64,000 nucleotides of DNA from an uncultured Verrucomicrobiae bacterium (GCA_963762565.1 CAVXLD010000003.1:1-64000); one strand, 5' to 3'; counted from the stretch's first letter, positions 1 to 13,816 are shown. A program made the numbers and translations. The notes: generated by a model not told the origin, from the letters alone.

Positions 1-48
1 CTATGTGCTCGGCCAGGCGCCTAAGGGGTACCGTCTGGTCGCTATTCC

Positions 49-432
49 TTAATTGGCGATCTTTTCAATTGGCGCCAATTTGAACCGGAGGTCATCCTCC
101 TGCCCTCGGTTGGTACTCGGGATTCGGGACATGGAGGAGTTGCTGAGTGAGCGCGGGCCATCGGTGGACCATGCTGGTATTCCTGACCTTTTGGTTTCTC
201 TAACGAGCAGCGATTCGGCTCGATTCATCTCGGCCAACGCAAGCTGGAAAACGAGAGTAGATTCAGCTCCTTGGTTTTGATTAACCCGATCGGGATGCAA
301 CGCATCGCAACAGGCACCCGTACTCGAATCGTAGAGTGACGGCCCGAGATCGTTGCGACCGAGGAACCATTCGAAGCAGCGCTGGCGCGGAAGACGATCC
401 CCGAGGAAAGCTATTTGTGTGATGGGCGACAT
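49..432 (-). pseudogene. Internally deleted GT4-type glycosyltransferase (N-terminal ~17 aa joined to the C-terminal tail)
   Basis: IAFLGDRLPRQ resembles the N-terminal IAFIGxxLPRQCGIATF motif. It is followed directly by CFEWFLGRNDLG..LYD..TGACCDALHPDRVNQNQGAESTL, the C-terminal motif of the same long glycosyltransferase family. Confidence 0.7.
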
Positions 433-482
433 CGTTTCTTATCGGGCAGTGTGAATTTTTCCCGGATCCGTTAGGTTCTCCA

Positions 483-520
483 ATACACTTACCGAAGTGT
501 TACTGTCGGTTTTTGGTATG
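483..520 (-). promoter_or_regulatory. CATA-N30-GTAT element copy 1
   Basis: Sense CATACCAAAAACCGACAGTAACACTTCGGTAAGTGTAT(TGG), ~50 bp upstream of the glycosyltransferase remnant. Confidence 0.7.
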
Positions 521-1033
521 GCGACGCCGCCTTGATCTATTGCTTCCCGACCACGTTTCAGTTGCCGCTTGGATTTTGGCGGGTCGATCTCGGGACTAAG
601 GACACCCTGGACGAAAACGTTCGGCGAAAACCCGAGGCTTGGCTCGGTTACTGAATCGTCCAGAGCGGAAACGGTTGCCTGCTTTTAGGTGGGGATCTTC
701 GTGTAAACGAGAACGGCTTCTTTTCTCCGAACTTTCAGGGGTGGAACGACCCTCGGTACCTTGGGAATGACGAAAGTCGAGCATCAGAACGAAACCTGAC
801 AGGATTGCGGATTGATATCGCGCTAGCATCTCCGGGAGGCTAAAGTTAACTTACTAGAAAGGGTCCGCTATGCTGGCGCCCGCCGCCGATAATAGAGTCG
901 GTCATCGAAGAGTTTGAAGACGCATGGGCGGTGGCAGAACGGCTGGTGAGCCAGTTGATTACGCCCTCAAAACCGTGACGTTTTGAGGCAGTGCGAGGAG
1001 GTGCGGACCGGTGCATCCTTATTTCCTCAGCCG

Positions 1034-1218
1034 GGCTTCGACGTCTATTCAACGGCGTGAGTAAAGCGGGACCCGAGGCTGTAGCCGGCTCGCGCTAAAA
1101 CGGAAAGGCGGCGTCGAACGCCGCCTTTGTTCAGTTACTACGAATTCCTACCTGGGACCGTGTTCTGCCGTGTAAGGGGTCAGACTTTAGCTTCGACGTC
1201 GATTGATTTGGCTAACAC
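1034..1218. repeat. Copy A of a duplicated segment (yciF 3' end + terminator); copy B at ~19757-19948
   Basis: Shared ggtcagactttagcttcgacgtcgattgatttggctaacac, shared hairpin and shared flanks. Confidence 0.85.
1104..1128 (-). terminator. Intrinsic terminator downstream of the yciF-like gene
   Basis: aaaggcggcg-tcgaa-cgccgccttt perfect hairpin with A/T flanks. Confidence 0.7.
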
Positions 1219-1680
1219 CTTCAGCTGTTTGTTAGCTGCCTCTGCTTCTTGCAGAGTTTCCGCTAAAAGTCCCGTTGCTTCTTTCTCACCTAACAGCTGA
1301 GAAAAGTTGTGAACGGTGCCGTATCCAGCCATTTCATAGTGTTCGACGCGCTGCGCTGCCGCGATGAGACCTGCATCCATGACCTCCGGGGCGGCATTCT
1401 CTTCCATCCACTCGTTACCCTCTTCAATAAGGCCTTTCATTGCTGCGCAGGTGTGACCGGTGAAAGGTTTTCCTAGTTTGGTGCTAATTTTATTCAGGCG
1501 CACCAACTGTTCCTTGGTTTGCGTCAAATGTGTGGTGAAAGCAGATTTCAATTCCGGCTTGGTTGCCACTTTGGCCATCTTCGGCCATACCGTTATCAGC
1601 TGCGTTTCTGCGCTGTGCAGATCTTTGAGTTGCTCAAGGTAGAGATCGTGTAGAGATGAAAATTTCATAATGTGTTTCAA
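1180..1680 (-). CDS. yciF: Ferritin-like stress protein, YciE/YciF (DUF892) family
   Basis: LKDLHSAETQ, HTCAAMKGLIEEG and DAGLIAAAQRVEHYEMAGYGT motifs. Confidence 0.92.
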   Translation of the reverse strand: MKHIMKFSSLHDLYLEQLKDLHSAETQLITVWPKMAKVATKPELKSAFTTHLTQTKEQLVRLNKISTKLGKPFTGHTCAAMKGLIEEGNEWMEENAAPEVMDAGLIAAAQRVEHYEMAGYGTVHNFSQLLGEKEATGLLAETLQEAEAANKQLKVLAKSIDVEAKV

Positions 1681-1747
1681 TTAGTTAGTAATCTTTTTTT
1701 ACCTGGAGGCTCTTTTGTTGTGCCCAGCGTTTCAATCAACTTTTCTC

Positions 1748-1787
1748 ATACTCTTTATCCACGGGGTTAGCGTTGCCCCTAGGTATG
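1748..1787 (-). promoter_or_regulatory. CATA-N32-GTAT element copy 2 (upstream of yciF)
   Basis: Sense CATACCTAGGGGCAACGCTAACCCCGTGGATAAAGAGTAT. Confidence 0.65.
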
Positions 1788-2005
1788 ACGAAGGATCCGG
1801 CTTCTGGCGTAATTAAACAGAGCATGAGCACCGAATGGCGGACTCTGTTAAGAACTCTTGGTGCCGATCGCTCCAAGATGACACGTTGCCTCCGTGTTAG
1901 CAGTACTGTACTACGTTCATGGGAGTCCGCAAGAGCATTCCGGTGAACGCTCAAGATTTCGTCGATCTCTCGGTTGCGCTTCCCCGTTGTTAAATGAACC
2001 TAGCC

Positions 2006-2905
2006 TCACCGCGCGCGAGTGTTGGACGCATTTTGCGAGAGAGCATTGAAACCGGCAATCACATCGAAGAGTTCCTCGTCAATCGAACTTTGGCGCAGCC
2101 GGTAAAAGGTTCGGTTCAAGTCGCTCAACAACGAATCGATATTCTTCTCCGCGCGCTGCATGGCCGCGAGACGGCTAGCGTTTTCGCTGGCTAAAGACTC
2201 GGCACAGGCTTTGAAGAGCGAGATGAAAAGATATTCGCGGATAAAAGCGGCCAACGCCGTTTCGTTATGACCGAAAAGTTCGGGCAGACTGTTAGTCGGC
2301 CAGCGAATTTCAGCGAGATCCTGTTGCCACTGTTTGTCAAGCGGAAGCAATCGTTGGCTTACCGGCTCACAAAGCGCGCCGGACGTGGGCCTGAGATGAA
2401 AGACACAGACCTGTGCGCACCCGCCAGCTCCCTGCTCTTCACCGGCCACTTGAAGTTGGCTGACCAGCGACGTAATCGCATTGACAGAACTCGGAACGGC
2501 AAACTTGCCGGCCAACGGAAGACCTGCATCTGCTAAACGCGCATAAAGGCGTTCGCCCACCGCCCATATTCTCTTTTCGCCCGGCAACGTTTCCAGGGAC
2601 TTCTCTACGAACTCCGCCATGGTTTCGTTAAATTGTCCCACCAATCCCTGATCGGAGCCAAAGACGATCGCTCCAACAACTCCCCCGATTGTCTCCCTGC
2701 TGGAATGCGCGGCAAAAGGTCCCGCTTGGCGGAAGCAGACACTCAAGCCGAGCTTCACGGAAAATTCGTAATCGGCCAGCGCACGCACGGCTGCTTCGTA
2801 TTGACCGATGCTGGAAGCGGCTACGGCCTTCATCGTACGGACGACGGATTCGAGCTTCACGGCGCCATCGATTTTGCGCCGCAGACTAACCTGGGTATCA
2901 CTCAT
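2006..2905 (-). CDS. atpG: N-type ATPase gamma subunit
   Basis: [49 protein letters not shown]. Confidence 0.95.
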   Translation of the reverse strand: MSDTQVSLRRKIDGAVKLESVVRTMKAVAASSIGQYEAAVRALADYEFSVKLGLSVCFRQAGPFAAHSSRETIGGVVGAIVFGSDQGLVGQFNETMAEFVEKSLETLPGEKRIWAVGERLYARLADAGLPLAGKFAVPSSVNAITSLVSQLQVAGEEQGAGGCAQVCVFHLRPTSGALCEPVSQRLLPLDKQWQQDLAEIRWPTNSLPELFGHNETALAAFIREYLFISLFKACAESLASENASRLAAMQRAEKNIDSLLSDLNRTFYRLRQSSIDEELFDVIAGFNALSQNASNTRAR

Positions 2906-4431
2906 GGCTTCTTTTGAAACGGCGCCAGTGATTGGCGAGCGACTTTCAGGACCGTTTCTCGATCCGCGTCATCAAGTTTGTGATCGGAAACGAAACGCTC
3001 TCTCACGTCCGGCGCAATCTGCATTGAGGCTGCGCAAAGAGCCCGTTCTGCTTCTCGCATCTGGCCGAGCGGAACGCTATCGAACAGTTCCTCGGTCAGC
3101 GCCAGAAGCACACTGATTTGTTCAACCACAGATACTGGCGCGCATTCCGTCTGCTCGAGACAGGCGCGGATACGCTGGCCGTGGTTGACTACCTTGCGAG
3201 TGGTTTCGTCGAGGCGGGAGCCGAATCGGGAGAAGGTTTCGAGCTCCTCGAATTGAGAATAAGCCAGTTTAAGATTTCCCGCGATGGCGTGATAGGCCGC
3301 AAGTTGCGCTTTTCCCCCGACGCGGGAAACGGACTTCGCCACGTCAACGGCCGGCAACGTTCCCAATTCGAAGAGCGTGGGCGAAAGGTAGAGCTGGCCG
3401 TCGGTGATGGAGATGAGATTGGTCGGGATATAGGCGGCGATATCCTGCGCCTCAGTTTCGATGATAGGCAGGGCCGTGAGCGAACCGCCGCCAAGTTCCT
3501 TCCGCAAATGGGTGGCCCGTTCGAGCAGCCGCGAATGGATGTAGAAAATATCGCCAGGAAAGGCTTCGCGACCAGGTGGTCTCCGAAGCAGAAGAGAAAG
3601 CTCGCGATAAGCGCGCGCGTGCTGCGTCAGATCGTCGTAAACAATGAGAACGTCGCGCCCCGCTTCCATGAAGTGTTCCGCGACGCTGGTCGCGGCATAC
3701 GGCGCGATATAAGCCAATCCGGGAGGATCGTTGCCTTCGCTGACCATAACGACGGTATAGTCCATTGCGCCGCCCGCTCGAAGTTCGGCAATAACCTTGG
3801 CCACCGCAGAAGCGCGTTGGCCGATTGCACAGTAGATGCAGAGAACGTTCTGGTCGCGTTGGTTCAGAATAGAGTCCAGGGCGATAGCGGTCTTTCCCGT
3901 CTGGCGGTCACCTAAAATTAGCTCGCGTTGACCCCGCCCCACTGGAACCAGAGCGTCGATGACCTTGATCCCCGTCTGCAAGGGGACGGTAACCGGCGCA
4001 CGATCCATGATTGCTTTGGCATCACGCTCGATGGGAAGACGTTTTCGTGTAGCAACGGAATCTTTGTTATCCAGGGGCCTCCCAAGCGGATCAATCACCC
4101 GGCCCAGCAGTTCGTCACCGACACCCACATCCATCACGCGACCGGTGCGCTCAACTTCATCGCCCGACTGTAGGTGCGAACAATCGCCAAGCAGGACGAC
4201 GCCGATCTCCCCTGCGTCAACGTTGAAGGCGATGCCATAGAGATCGCCCGGGAACCGAATTAACTCCTCAAACCCGACATCGGGCAGCCCGACGACCGTC
4301 GCAATGCCCGTCGAAACCGTGGTGATTGTACCCGTCTCATGGGCGGAGAATGAGGGTACAAATGCTTCTCTCGCCTGTTTCATTCCTGCGAAAGAGCGAT
4401 CGACCGCGGTGAGCAAGGAATCACGCGGCAT
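2902..4431 (-). CDS. atpA: N-type ATPase alpha subunit
   Basis: [40 protein letters not shown]; start set at the ATG overlapping the atpF end. Confidence 0.96.
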   Translation of the reverse strand: MPRDSLLTAVDRSFAGMKQAREAFVPSFSAHETGTITTVSTGIATVVGLPDVGFEELIRFPGDLYGIAFNVDAGEIGVVLLGDCSHLQSGDEVERTGRVMDVGVGDELLGRVIDPLGRPLDNKDSVATRKRLPIERDAKAIMDRAPVTVPLQTGIKVIDALVPVGRGQRELILGDRQTGKTAIALDSILNQRDQNVLCIYCAIGQRASAVAKVIAELRAGGAMDYTVVMVSEGNDPPGLAYIAPYAATSVAEHFMEAGRDVLIVYDDLTQHARAYRELSLLLRRPPGREAFPGDIFYIHSRLLERATHLRKELGGGSLTALPIIETEAQDIAAYIPTNLISITDGQLYLSPTLFELGTLPAVDVAKSVSRVGGKAQLAAYHAIAGNLKLAYSQFEELETFSRFGSRLDETTRKVVNHGQRIRACLEQTECAPVSVVEQISVLLALTEELFDSVPLGQMREAERALCAASMQIAPDVRERFVSDHKLDDADRETVLKVARQSLAPFQKKP

Positions 4432-5230
4432 GGGGTAGGGGTAGAGCCTTTTGGGCGACAGGCTCAGGATCAAATTTGGGCTCCAGCAGCCGGTCCACCG
4501 AGCTGGTCAGCGATTTCAGATAATCGGCGATACTCCAAGCGATCTTTTGCCCATTCGCCGTCAACTCGATCCCGCTGATCAAATCGGGCCTGGTCTCAAA
4601 CTTAATTTGGGTTTCTTCACCGAAGATCGATTTGACGATCGCTTCAATCGCCGTTTTTTGCGGAGAGCCAAGCTCGAACGTACTGCGCACTAGGGCGGCT
4701 TCCGACGCGGCATGAGACCCTCCCTTTAGCTGCTCTATTTGCTTTTCATTCATGTCGCGCAGACGATGGAGAAAGATGTCCGTTATGCGCTCTTCAAGGC
4801 CCACATCCGCTAAATCGGCAAGAGTCTTTCGAGCGATGGAAAAGACTTCCTTTAGGGCGAGCGTTCCAATTTTCCCGTTCAAGTTCTCCATTTCGTCGTA
4901 AACGGATTTCTGCAACTTAGAACGTAGTTCTTCAGAATCCGTGCGTGCTCTTTCGAGGAATCTTTCGCGCTCGTTTTTTGCCGCACTTGTGGCTTGGAGG
5001 AGCAGCGCGGAGCGTTGCTGATCGAATTCCTCATTCTTATGCAGGAAATCGGTTTGCTCCTGCAGAGCCTCCGTTTTCTTCTTTTCTGCATCTTGAAGTT
5101 GGGTCTCAATCCGCTTTTCCCGCTGGTCGATCGCCGCAAGAACGGGCTTGTAAAGAAATCGCTTCAACAGCCAGACCAAAATCAGGAAGTTGACCGCTTG
5201 TGCCGCAACCGTGAACCAATCGATGAGCAT
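4421..5230 (-). CDS. atpF: N-type ATPase extended b subunit (b/delta-like fusion)
   Basis: [29 protein letters not shown], coiled coil, C-terminal [16 protein letters not shown]; no separate atpH. Confidence 0.93.
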   Translation of the reverse strand: MLIDWFTVAAQAVNFLILVWLLKRFLYKPVLAAIDQREKRIETQLQDAEKKKTEALQEQTDFLHKNEEFDQQRSALLLQATSAAKNERERFLERARTDSEELRSKLQKSVYDEMENLNGKIGTLALKEVFSIARKTLADLADVGLEERITDIFLHRLRDMNEKQIEQLKGGSHAASEAALVRSTFELGSPQKTAIEAIVKSIFGEETQIKFETRPDLISGIELTANGQKIAWSIADYLKSLTSSVDRLLEPKFDPEPVAQKALPLPHAA

Positions 5231-5233
5231 GTT

Positions 5234-5515
5234 TTACTTCCCTGCCGCCTGGGTGATGACGTGGTTCCAAAAAGGGTTGGCGAAGATGAGGATCATCGAA
5301 ATAACGAAACAATAGATCGCCATCGATTCGATCATGGCCAACCCCACGAACAATGTTCGCGTGATGGTTGAAGAGGCATCGGGCTGTTGGGCTAGCGCGC
5401 TCAACGCCGCTGCCACGGCCCGACCTTGGCCAAGTCCTGGCCCCACGGCGCCGATGGCCATAGTGAGCCCGGCGGAGAGGATCGATGCAGCCGCGATGAT
5501 AGTCATGTTGTCCAT
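5234..5515 (-). CDS. atpE: N-type ATPase c subunit
   Basis: GPGLGQG..AQQPD..LFVGLAMIESMAIY..FANPFW. Confidence 0.96.
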   Translation of the reverse strand: MDNMTIIAAASILSAGLTMAIGAVGPGLGQGRAVAAALSALAQQPDASSTITRTLFVGLAMIESMAIYCFVISMILIFANPFWNHVITQAAGK

Positions 5516-5529
5516 ATTTTGTCGTTTCG

Positions 5530-6222
5530 TTAGGATGTCTTCTTCTCGAGTTGCCCGCCTTCGGTACCCGTGGCGGCTGCGATGTAAACCAGGGCCAGGA
5601 TGCTAAAAATATAGGCTTGGACCATACCGGTCAGGAGGCCGAGCGCGCTCATCACCGCGGGAAAAAGGAAAGGGGTGACGATCAGCAGGATACTGAGAAT
5701 CATCGTTCCGCTCATCATGTTGCCGAATAACCGGACGGCTAACGCCAGCGTCCGTGAAAATTCGCTGATGATATTAAAGGGCAACATAATCACGGTTGGT
5801 TGCAGGTAGGATTTGAGATAGCCGCCCCACCCACGTTCCTTGATGCCGTAGAACGGCACGGCCACAAACACGCAGAGAGCCAGGGCCGCAGTCGTCGAAA
5901 GCGAGCCTGTCGGCGGTTCGTACCCAGGTAAAATCGTGAAAAGGTTGGCGATGGCGATGAACAGGAAAAGGGTGCCGACAAACCCTAGATATTTCTCTGG
6001 TTGTCTCAACCCGACCTCTTCGATTTGTTTCTTCATGCCGAGGACAATGATTTCCAAGGCACATTGCCAACGCGAAATGGATATCCCCGCGGTGAGTCGA
6101 CGCGTGATCAGTTTCGAGCCAACCGCCAGCACGAGTATGAGGCCCCAGGTATAGACGATGGTCGCATTGAGTTTGAGGAAGCCTTGCTGCCAAAAGATAG
6201 TTTGGTCGGTACTAAGGTGCAT
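5530..6222 (-). CDS. atpB: N-type ATPase a subunit
   Basis: PPTGSLSTT, SRTLALAVRLFGNMMSG, QAYIF. Confidence 0.96.
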   Translation of the reverse strand: MHLSTDQTIFWQQGFLKLNATIVYTWGLILVLAVGSKLITRRLTAGISISRWQCALEIIVLGMKKQIEEVGLRQPEKYLGFVGTLFLFIAIANLFTILPGYEPPTGSLSTTAALALCVFVAVPFYGIKERGWGGYLKSYLQPTVIMLPFNIISEFSRTLALAVRLFGNMMSGTMILSILLIVTPFLFPAVMSALGLLTGMVQAYIFSILALVYIAAATGTEGGQLEKKTS

Positions 6223-6502
6223 GGATTCCTTTCTTGGTCGTCCGGGTGAGCCGGGTCACCACCGCACGTGCGATGACGAATCCAAGCAGACAGACTAGGA
6301 GGTTTCGCCAGTCGCCACGCGCGGTAAAATAGAATCCAGTCATCGCTAAACCTGTACGCAGCAGCGTGCTGCCGAAAAACCACAAGACCGGATTATTGGA
6401 GGTCAGGCTCTTCTGTACCGTCCACCAAAGACCACCGAAGAAAAACGCACCGATCAAAACACCCTCCATCAGGCTTACGGATAAAATGCTAACGTCACTC
6501 AT
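6212..6502 (-). CDS. atpR: N-ATPase accessory subunit AtpR
   Basis: FFFGGLWWTV..S.LLR..CLLGFVIAR; position between atpQ and atpB. Confidence 0.88.
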   Translation of the reverse strand: MSDVSILSVSLMEGVLIGAFFFGGLWWTVQKSLTSNNPVLWFFGSTLLRTGLAMTGFYFTARGDWRNLLVCLLGFVIARAVVTRLTRTTKKGIHAP

Positions 6503-6825
6503 CTTTTTTCTCCTCATCCTCTCGAATCGCCTTTTCTTCCTTGGCTACCCAATGCCAGGCATTTAGGCACCCGATAAACAGGCCGATGATGAGTAACGAC
6601 AACGTCCAGGAATGAATTCCCGGATACTGCTTATCAATAAAGATGCCAAGCAGAACTCCCAGCAGGGTGGGAATGGCCACTGCCCAGCCAATCAAGCCAA
6701 ACATCCCGAGCCCAAACCAAATGCCCTGCACGCCTCGACGCTTTGCCTTGAGTTTTCGGGCTTCGAGCGCGCCAACTTTCCGACTGAAAGCAGTTTCGCG
6801 GCTTTCGGACGTCGTTTCGGAATTT

Positions 6826-6833
<8 letters not shown>
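6495..6833 (-). CDS. atpQ: N-ATPase AtpQ (AtpZ/AtpI family)
   Basis: WFGLGMFGLIGWAVAIPTLLG..GCLNAWHWV. Confidence 0.9.
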
Positions 6834-8662
<1,829 letters not shown>

Positions 8663-8754
8663 CTAGGACATTTAGCTGAATAGCCGCTGTTTTGTTCCAA
8701 GAGGCTTGTTTATTAGGACAACCCTACTGTCAGATCGCGCGATAAGATTTCCCT

Positions 8755-8792
8755 ATACCCTTTTCGATGCGTTACCGCTTTCTTTAGGTATG
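8755..8792 (-). promoter_or_regulatory. CATA-N30-GTAT element copy 3 (upstream of the N-ATPase operon)
   Basis: Sense CATACCTAAAGAAAGCGGTAACGCATCGAAAAGGGTAT; ~8735-8828 is nearly identical to ~15483-15575. Confidence 0.75.
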
Positions 8793-8937
8793 GGACAGGA
8801 CTAATCGGTTAGTCACTTTGTGGCCATCGCCGGCACATTCGCCATCGACCTGGTTCCGGCGTATCAGTCGACCCAGCTTAGCGAGTTCAAGCCTGCCAAC
8901 ATGCAATACTTCCATTAGTAGCGTCACGGCGTTCTGC

Positions 8938-8975
8938 CATATCCAAAAGCGATAGTAAAACTTCTAGAAAAGTAT
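8938..8975 (+). promoter_or_regulatory. CATA-N30-GTAT element copy 4 (divergent from the atp operon)
   Basis: CATATCCAAAAGCGATAGTAAAACTTCTAGAAAAGTAT(TGG). Confidence 0.65.
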
Positions 8976-10077
8976 TGGAAACTCGCAAGAAACGGGCCGA
9001 GGTCCATGGTCGGTTTCAGGGAATCATTCTATGAGGATCGGAATTATCCGAGTGGGGAAGAGTCGGCGGCCAGCCTGGGAAAGTAGGTCTAGAGTCGGGC
9101 ATCAAGTTTTCTCCAGTTCGTATCGAGATTGAATGTATGCAATCCCTCAGGCTATCCCGAGATGTGCAGACTGGGGCACGGAGAATGCCCGTCATAGTCT
9201 CTCTCCGCTGCGAGCGGCAGTTTCCAGATAGAATCAGCGCGCTAATTGATGAGCGGTTGGCGCAAATAGTAAATCCGGAATGCGCTCTGATGGCGCCGTT
9301 CGAAGGCTCGGCCCTGCGACTCGCATTTCGGTGCATGCTTGCCTGGCAACTCTTCGCGGCAGTACGGGATTGGACTTTTTTGAGCAAGCGATATCAGCGA
9401 GACAGATGATCACGCAGAACCTTCGTTGAAGCTCGTCTGGACCTTTTGACTATTTATACTGACTTACACGGATTTATTGAAGCGCCTGCGCCAAATCATG
9501 AAACCCGTCAGCGGCACAAGATCCAATGAGCCTTCAGAAACAACCCGGTCCCGCAAGAAAAACAGAAGGCGATGCGCCTGAAAAGCGCCTCGCAATGAGC
9601 TTGATCGGTCTAGCAGCAATTCTGGACGATCCAATTTATCGTCGAGCGATCGTGAACTTGTCCGTCATTTTCCAGGAGCTTGAGTCGATAAACGCCACAC
9701 ATACACAGCCACCTCAAGGCGGCTTAGGTTTACGTCGTTACATTGAGTGAAGCTTGTCTTTGAAAAGCAGGCTGGTTATACGCGAAGGCAAGTGTAACCC
9801 TTCGCGCAATGTATGGTGGAAACTCGTCGATCCGAGTGAAATTCCTCACAGAGCTCGAGATGTTGCGAACCGCGATCGGCTCGATTGCCGAAGGAAGCAA
9901 ATGAATAATCAGCCCGTTACAGTGGAACAAGCAGCGGTTCAGATCACCAACGTGGCGCCGAAAGGGGCAAAGAAAAGATTCGAACCGCGCGCTGGAATTC
10001 GGTGAAGAGGCAGCAGACCAATCGGGCGAACGCGCAAAAATCGCGGAAAAAGAGCTGATCGCGAAGAAAAGGCCAAG

Positions 10078-12452
10078 GTGGACTCGAAACGCCCGCCCGA
10101 CATTAGTTCTCCAATCACTCCGGCAGCCTCCGTTAAGAACGTCCCTGTCTCAACCGGCCTAGCGAGCGATGAAGCCCACCACCGGCTCGAGAAGTTCGGT
10201 CCAAACGCAGTGCCCGACACGGCTCTGCGACCATTAGGCAGAGCATTGACCAAGTTCTGGGCGCCGGTTCCATGGATGCTCGAGGCTGCCATCGTGCTCG
10301 AGCTCGTGCTTGGCAAATATGTCGAAGCCACGATCATCACGGGTCTGTTGGTGTTCAATGCCGCTCTCGGCTTTCTCCAGGAAGGGCGTGCTCAGGCGAC
10401 TCTTGCCGCGCTGAAATCGCGGCTTGCGCTAAACGCGTCGGTCCGTCGCGATAACGTTTGGTTGACCGTGCCCGCTGCCGAACTCGTTCCTGGCGATATC
10501 GTGAAGCTATCAGTCGGCGCGGTGGTCGCCGCCGACGTGCGGCTGACCGACGGCGAGATCCTGCTCGATCAGTCCATGCTAACCGGGGAATCAATACCCA
10601 TCGAGGCGGGGCCAGGTCTACAAACCTATGCGGGAGCGTTGGTGCGGCGCGGCGAAGCCGTGGCAGAGGTTACGGCGACCGGAGCACGCACAAAGTTTGG
10701 ACGCACGGCGGAGTTGGTTCGCACCGCGCACGTCGAAAGTTCCCAACAGAAGGCCGTTCTGCGGGTGGTCCGCAATCTCGCCATTTTCAACGGCGTCATC
10801 ACCCTGTTGCTGGTCGGTTATGCCTACACTCTCAAGCTGCCGCTGGGTGAGATTATTCCCCTGGTGCTCACGGCGATTCTGGCGTCGATTCCGGTCGCGC
10901 TGCCTGCCACCTTTACCCTGGCGGCGGCGCTGGGCGCCCGAGCTCTGGCCCATCTGGGCGTCCTGCCAACGCGGCTCTCCGCCCTGGATGAAGCAGCCAG
11001 CATCGAGGTTCTATGCGTGGATAAAACTGGCACCTTGACGTGCAACGAGCTGAAGGTGACCGCAGTGCGACCTATGCTCGGCTTTGACGAATCGCACGTC
11101 CTCGGATTTGCCGCCCTCGCAAGCTCAGATGGCGGGCAGGATCCCGTGGACGCTGCCATTCGCTGGCTGCCTTGCAGGTCATCGCCTCTGATCTACCGAG
11201 ACTGATTAAATTTGTGCCTTTCGATTCCGCCACGAAGATGTCCGAGGCATTAGCTGTGGATCCGGCCGCCGCCACGGTGAGTGCTGTCAAGGGAGCCTTT
11301 GCCGCGGTCATCGGCCTCACGCAACCACCACCCGATGCGGCCATCATAGCGAACCAACTAGAGGCACAGGGTTTCCGGGTGCTGGCTGTCGCCGTGGGTC
11401 CGCCGGAGGCGGTGAAGCTAGCTGGAATCATCGCCCTCAGCGATCCGCCTCGAGCGGATTCGGCGGCGCTCATTACGGAGTTGCGCGCGTTGGGCGTCCG
11501 CACCGTAATGGTGACAGGGGATGCCGCTGCGACGGCAGCGATCGTGGCTCGTGCGGTCGGTTTAGATGGAACGGTCTGTCCACCCGGACCAATCCCCGCC
11601 GGTTTACACCCCGAGGATTTCGCTGTCTTCGCTGGCGTACTCCCGGAAGGAAAGTACAATCTGGTTAAGGCGTTCCAGAAGGGGGGCCTCACCGTCGGGA
11701 TGTGCGGCGACGGCGCCAACGACGCGCCAGCGTTGCGCCAGGCGCAGATGGGAATTGCAGTGTCAACCGCTACCGATGTTGCCAAGTCGGCGGCCGGCGT
11801 CGTGCTGACCACACCAGGACTTGGCGGGATCGTTGCTTCAGTAAAAGAAGGCCGCGTAACGTTCCAGCGCATTCTGACTTATGCGCTGAACTCGGTTAAC
11901 AAAAAAACGGTGCAGGTGCTCTTCCTGGCGGTGGGTCTGGTCATGACCGGGCACGCGATCCTGACTCCAATGCTAATGGTGATTATCATGCTCACCGGCG
12001 ACCTCCTTGGTATGTCCCTGACGACGGACAACGTGCGACCTTCCCCGATGCCCAATGCCTGGCGGGTCGGCGAATTGACCATCGCCGGTGTCTTCATCGG
12101 AATCGCCGAACTCATCTTTTGTGCGGCCGTCCTGGTCGTGGGCAAATTCTACCTGGGTTTTGGAATCGAAGCGCTAAGAACTCTGGCTTTCATACTCATC
12201 GTGTTTGGAAATCAAGCAACGACCTATACGAATCGTGAACGCCAGCACCTGGGGTCCTGTCGTCCCAGCCGGTGGCTCATCGGCTCGTCTGTGGTTGATC
12301 TGGCGATCGCCTCAACACTGGCGACTTGCGGGATCGGCATGACTTCTCTGCCGATACTCGTTGTAGGAGGAACACTCGTGGCAGCGGCCGTCTTTGCGTT
12401 CATCTTGGACTTTGCCAAAGTCCCTGTGTTCAAGCGCCTCAGGATTGGATAG
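10078..12452 (+). pseudogene. P-type ATPase, plasma-membrane H+-ATPase (PMA1/type IIIA)-like, frameshifted near 11163
   Basis: DQSMLTGES, IPVALP, DKTGTLT, DPVDAAI in ORF 10078-11205; FVPFD, DPPR, MVTGD, GDGAND in ORF 11172-12452. Confidence 0.88.
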
Positions 12453-12675
12453 AGCTTTAAGCTTCCTAATCGTCGGCAATAACATTTCTTACGAATTTAC
12501 GAAGATCATCTGAGAGATCCTCTGGAGCAATTCTTCGCACCGCGTCTGGAGAGCGCCATCGGGCGAGAGGACGACGAATAAGGCGGTGCCCATTCTCAGA
12601 AGTACATCTAGGTAAACAAGGACAAGGTCACGATGATCATTGCCTTTGGTCATGGTGCGATTTTGCGATTAAGCC

Positions 12676-12727
12676 TCGATTTGACGGTGTTAGCCTGGGG
12701 TAGCTTTGGAGAGGGTTGTCGCCTACT
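12676..12727. repeat. Short copy of a 3-copy conserved intergenic element
   Basis: tcgatttgacgg..ttagc(c)tggggtagctttggagag..tgtcgcctact, also at 13581-13707 and 24277-24403. Confidence 0.8.
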
Positions 12728-12735
12728 TCTTGGTG

Positions 12736-12933
12736 TTAGGGCAAAGTCGAAGCAATAACTTCTGCAATGGTATTCTCCCCAGGATAAAGCCGCACTAAGA
12801 TTCTCTCTTCAGTCGTGTCCGTGATCAGATCAGCGGGCGTCACTCGGTGGCGAAAGGCAATCACCCGAATGGCACCGTTTGACGTCAAACAGTCCTTTTT
12901 GACTCCGTCACTAAAGTTGATGGTGTATCTCAT
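12736..12933 (-). CDS. Small hypothetical protein (paralog remnant at ~27100-27170, + strand)
   Basis: MRYTINFSDGVKKDCLTSNGAIR matches LRYVIQFTDGARTECSSSEGALR read at 27101-27169. Confidence 0.5.
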   Translation of the reverse strand: MRYTINFSDGVKKDCLTSNGAIRVIAFRHRVTPADLITDTTEERILVRLYPGENTIAEVIASTLP

Positions 12934-13580
12934 GATCGTAGAAAATTTCACCTGGACAAAGCCTGGTCGCTTTTAGTTACCGTTTCACTTATTCTGCACT
13001 TTCCTTTTTGAAGACGAAAGGGGACATAATCATTAATAAGGCACCTTGAGCGTAAAAACCTTCAATCACTAGTCCAATTACCACTAGCCAGAATAGGTTT
13101 GATACAAATACCGCAGCGAAAATCGCCATTGTTAAAAGAAATGTTCTCATATTACCTCGTAAATTGGCTAATGGTAGCATCCTCGCGTTTGCAAGCGAAG
13201 TCGGGGGATACCCGTTTCGATTTGCATCGGCTTTAAGATTAGCTTTGGTAGCCGACGGTTCGAAATCCAGAAGTTATCGTCCTGGTTAATTCTCTTCTGT
13301 CGGCTGACACGGGATTCGCCGTCAAAGACAGCCACCGTCTTTTTGCCCTGTCGCCAAAGACGAATTTGCATAGTACTATCTCCACCGATTGTTCCTCTAT
13401 GGGTAAAGTTCATTTTAATCCTCTCTTATTCGGGCTCAGTCATCGCGTTTGGCTCAACACCTAATCGCTTCGCGGGCGTCAAAGAAAGCCTGCTCATTTT
13501 TGGCTGTGAATGCGTTCATTTGTAATTTCTCGACGCAAGCACGCCATTTCAGGCTTTCTGTCTTGTCTACTGAGCTTAGG

Positions 13581-13707
13581 TTCCCCGAACTTCGATTTGC
13601 GTCGATTTGACGGTTAGCTGGGGTAGCTTTGGAGAGAGCGGCGGTTCGAAATCCCAGCTTTAGACTACACCGCTATCGGTGAGATGTCGCCTACTATTAT
13701 AGAGACC
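13581..13707. repeat. Long copy of the 3-copy conserved intergenic element
   Basis: Collinear with 24277-24403. Confidence 0.85.
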
Positions 13708-13816
13708 GATCCGATTTCTGTGTTCTATAACGAAGCAGCGCGTCCGCTTTCGCGATAAGCCGTTTCGGAACAAAGGCTCGCCCGATCGAGGCCTGTCGCG
13801 GGTTGGCTAAAACCGC

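Noticed and set aside
3118..3915. Long antisense ORFs (also 7700-8275, 11072-11872, 18320-19168)
   Set aside because: Shadow frames opposite well-supported genes, expected in GC-rich coding DNA.
8789..8803. tatgggacagga resembling the MITE right end
   Set aside because: Only ~12 nt match, there is no partner arm, and it overlaps element copy 3; probably coincidental.
9016..10005. Several short ORFs between element copy 4 and the P-type ATPase
   Set aside because: No recognisable family, and I cannot tell which, if any, is real.
13630..13665. GGTTCGAAATCCC resembling a tRNA T-arm (also at ~24339)
   Set aside because: I could not build a cloverleaf, anticodon arm or CCA end; the T-loop has an extra base.
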